A DNA stretch of 64,000 nt from Candidatus Hydrogenedentota bacterium (GTDB lineage Bacteria > Hydrogenedentota > Hydrogenedentia > Hydrogenedentales > GCA-2746185), in assembly GCA_046583315.1 (NCBI GenBank), contig JAYGCN010000011.1, positions 28,562 to 92,561 of the forward strand. Direction: 5' to 3'. The notes below the pieces were generated by a model. It was not told the origin of the DNA, made no database searches, and worked only from the letters and a program-made list of their open reading frames with translations. This document shows, one piece after another, positions 61,612-64,000 of this stretch; position 1 is the first letter of the stretch, and every line of letters starts with the position of its first letter. Made by a program: the position numbers and the translations under genes.

Positions 61612-62825
61612 TTGAAATCAACATCCCTGAACATGGCCTGAAGCATTCGTTAATCGGCGTCGCATTCGCTGTTCTGTTCGTCGCGACACCAGCCGCAGCA
61701 CAGGAAGTCACGGTTTCTCCAAACGGTGAGCTCCTGCGCGATGGTGCTCCTTATCGCGCAATCGGGGTGAATTACGTTGATGCGTTCTGGCGCGTGATAG
61801 ACGATCCCGGCGACACTTCCTACCGACAAGGCTTCGCCGATCTCGAAGTCGAGAAGATTCCCTTTGCACGCATCGCCGCCATCCCCTTCTGGCCGAAATC
61901 GATTGAAGAATATATAAACAATAGAGAGTTCTACCTCACGCGACTCGACGACGTGGTTCAGTCTGCCGAAGAACACAATATCGGCCTCGTCATGAGTCTG
62001 TTCTGGGCAGATTTCGCCGTGCCGGATATCGTGGGGGAGCCGCGCGGTGCATGGGGAGATCCAAACTCCAAAACGATCGCCTTCATGCGCGAATACACGC
62101 GAACCCTCGTCGCCCGGTACCTCGATTCTCCCTCCGTATGGGCCTGGGAATTCGGCAACGAATACAATCTCGCCGTGGATTTGCCGAATGCCGCCGAACA
62201 TCGTGGCCCCATCGTGCCGCAACTGGGCACGCCCGAGTCACGTTCACAGCAAGACGAAATCGAAACGCCGGATATCCTCGTTGCCTTCGCCGAATTCGCC
62301 AAGGTGGTGCGCGCCATCGATAAACAACGCCCCATCACCTCCGGCAACTCCATGCCTCGCGCTTTCGCCGAACGTATTAGGCACATCCGTGAATGGCGAC
62401 CCGTCGATACGCGAAAAGAACAAAAAACGAATCTGGAGCTCATCAATCCCGACCCGATGAATCTTATTTCGGTACACCTTTATCCGCAACACACGCGGGA
62501 CGACCGCTATGAAGACGGCCATCACGCGAGTTACGAAGAACTATTGGGTTTGGTAAAACAAGTTGGTCGCGACACAAAAAAACCCATATTCGTCGGCGAA
62601 TTCGGCACCAGCAACAAAGATTTCCAAACCGATGCCGAAATTGCAGAAGACTTCGAACGATTGCTGTCCGCCATTGTGATAACCGAGTGCGACCTCGCCG
62701 CAGTGTGGAATTTCGACTTCAGAGCCAGCAACCCCGGTCAAGACCCCTTCACCATCACCCGCAAAAACCACCGCGGCTACATGCTCGACCGAATCCGCGA
62801 ATCGAATCTGGTACTGGCGAAGTAA
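61612..62825 (+). CDS. Glycoside hydrolase family 5-like protein; start uncertain
   Basis: In-frame signal peptide from about 61632, GVNY, WEFGNE, SVHLY, FVGEFG. Confidence 0.8.
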
Positions 62826-62830
62826 CCCCG

Positions 62831-64000
62831 TTACTTCAATATGTCCTTGCCCGCAGCGATCATCTGCTTCACGACGGTTGGCCCAAATTGGTCGCCGTAA
62901 AAGGACACGCCGGGTTCATAACCGCCCTGATACATCTCTTCAGGGCTGAGGATGTAGCTGATCCATTCGTTGCCGAGTCCGACGATGATTGCGTGTTTGG
63001 CTCCTGACTTCTTCAACGTATTCTTCACTTCGAGTCCGAGAATCGTCGTCATTTCGCCTGGTGTGGACACAGCCGTGAAGTCGCCAAGCTGGAACGCGGT
63101 TACATAGGAGCTCTCCGGCACGAGTGCTTCTATCAGTGCCTGTATATTATCCGGTGTGAGGCCATATTCCGGTCCCGCTGAATCGAGCAGGGCCTTCGGC
63201 GGCGTGCGTTCCGGCAGCTCCAGCGTGTGCATTGCGAATTTCAATTCTACGTTCGGCATCGTTTTGATTGTCGGCACCAAATCCAACGCGTACACGGCCA
63301 GCTTGCGTCCGTAGTCTTCGGCCCGCGCAAATTCACTCGGACCCGAAGCTCCGGTCGGACGCAAATCACCTTGCGCGCCATTCGCGTACATACACATCAC
63401 GCCTTCGCCCATAAATCCTTCTACTTCACGTTGCAGATAGCCCGGCCATCCGGCGGAAACCTCCATCGTTTCTGAGCCCATGAAGGTGGGATGCGCCGCG
63501 TAATTGATAAAGACCACTTTCGGATTGCCCTGCGCATCGTCTAGTCGGAGGATTACCATCTCATCGTCGGTTCGTTTATTTCCGCGACGATTCGCATTCA
63601 GACCCCGCACCATGACTGAAGCCGAACCCACGGACACCGGCTCGAAAGATTTATTCGCGTTAATGATGACCTCGGCAATCTTGTCAGCGTTGTACATCAA
63701 TAGAAACTCGTCATAAATGCCAATATTCTTGTTCTGAAAAACATTGTTCCGGTTCATCGCGTTCATCTCAACCGACGCGTGACTGTGACTGGCCGCCAGT
63801 AGCAGGTTGTCCGAGCCGATGCCCGTGCCATCCAGCCGTTTCAGAATTTCATCACGCAGCGAGCGCGGCACGCCCAACAGATCCAGCGTAACCAGCGCAA
63901 ATTTCTTGTCGCCCTGCTTCAAAATCAACGCCTTGGCCATCGTATTGTCGTGCACACCCACAGCCGGCGCATTTTCTCGTTCACCATAACCCCCAAGCGG
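62831..64000 (-). CDS. Neutral/alkaline ceramidase N-terminal domain protein; 5' partial
   Basis: GVHD..AKAL, ASHSHAS, NYAAHPT, NGAQGD, PGE, GLGN..SY. Confidence 0.8.
   Translation of the reverse strand, partial: PLGGYGERENAPAVGVHDNTMAKALILKQGDKKFALVTLDLLGVPRSLRDEILKRLDGTGIGSDNLLLAASHSHASVEMNAMNRNNVFQNKNIGIYDEFLLMYNADKIAEVIINANKSFEPVSVGSASVMVRGLNANRRGNKRTDDEMVILRLDDAQGNPKVVFINYAAHPTFMGSETMEVSAGWPGYLQREVEGFMGEGVMCMYANGAQGDLRPTGASGPSEFARAEDYGRKLAVYALDLVPTIKTMPNVELKFAMHTLELPERTPPKALLDSAGPEYGLTPDNIQALIEALVPESSYVTAFQLGDFTAVSTPGEMTTILGLEVKNTLKKSGAKHAIIVGLGNEWISYILSPEEMYQGGYEPGVSFYGDQFGPTVVKQMIAAGKDILK

Noticed and set aside
1..64000. CRISPR array, tRNA/rRNA, integrase, transposase or prophage
   Set aside because: No regularly spaced direct repeats, cloverleafs or recognisable mobile-element proteins seen

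Overview
Bacterial chromosomal window (about 55% GC by eye) of mostly housekeeping and cell-envelope genes. The DUF1559-type prepilin gene, the DUF1549/DUF1553-DUF1501 pair and the alginate-export-type porin suggest a Planctomycetota-like gene repertoire, possibly Ca. Hydrogenedentota (inference). It carries sufBCDSU-nadA, thrS, a TIGR01212 radical SAM gene, a DUF429 nuclease cassette, a heme-c/copper monooxygenase, trxA-asd, dsbD plus a DUF255 thioredoxin-domain lipoprotein, an ExeA-like ATPase, a glpSTPQU-type ABC cluster, M23 peptidase, SurA-like PPIase, Kef antiporter, serine hydrolase, GMC oxidoreductase, P450, comM, an MBOAT gene, an MshEN-HDOD fusion, FNR, moeB and several hydrolases. 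I found no rRNA, tRNA, CRISPR array, integrase or transposase. The most notable signals are: (1) an unannotated, promoter- and terminator-bounded multi-hairpin RNA at about 44056-44220; (2) a roughly 1.5 kb reversed-skew island covering the variable middle of the DUF1549/DUF1553 gene; (3) at least 8 single-base nonsense or frameshift lesions, including one in sufC, most simply explained as consensus errors; (4) composite REP-like repeats with local skew gradients; (5) unusual domain fusions. Family names come from motif recognition only; no database search was run.
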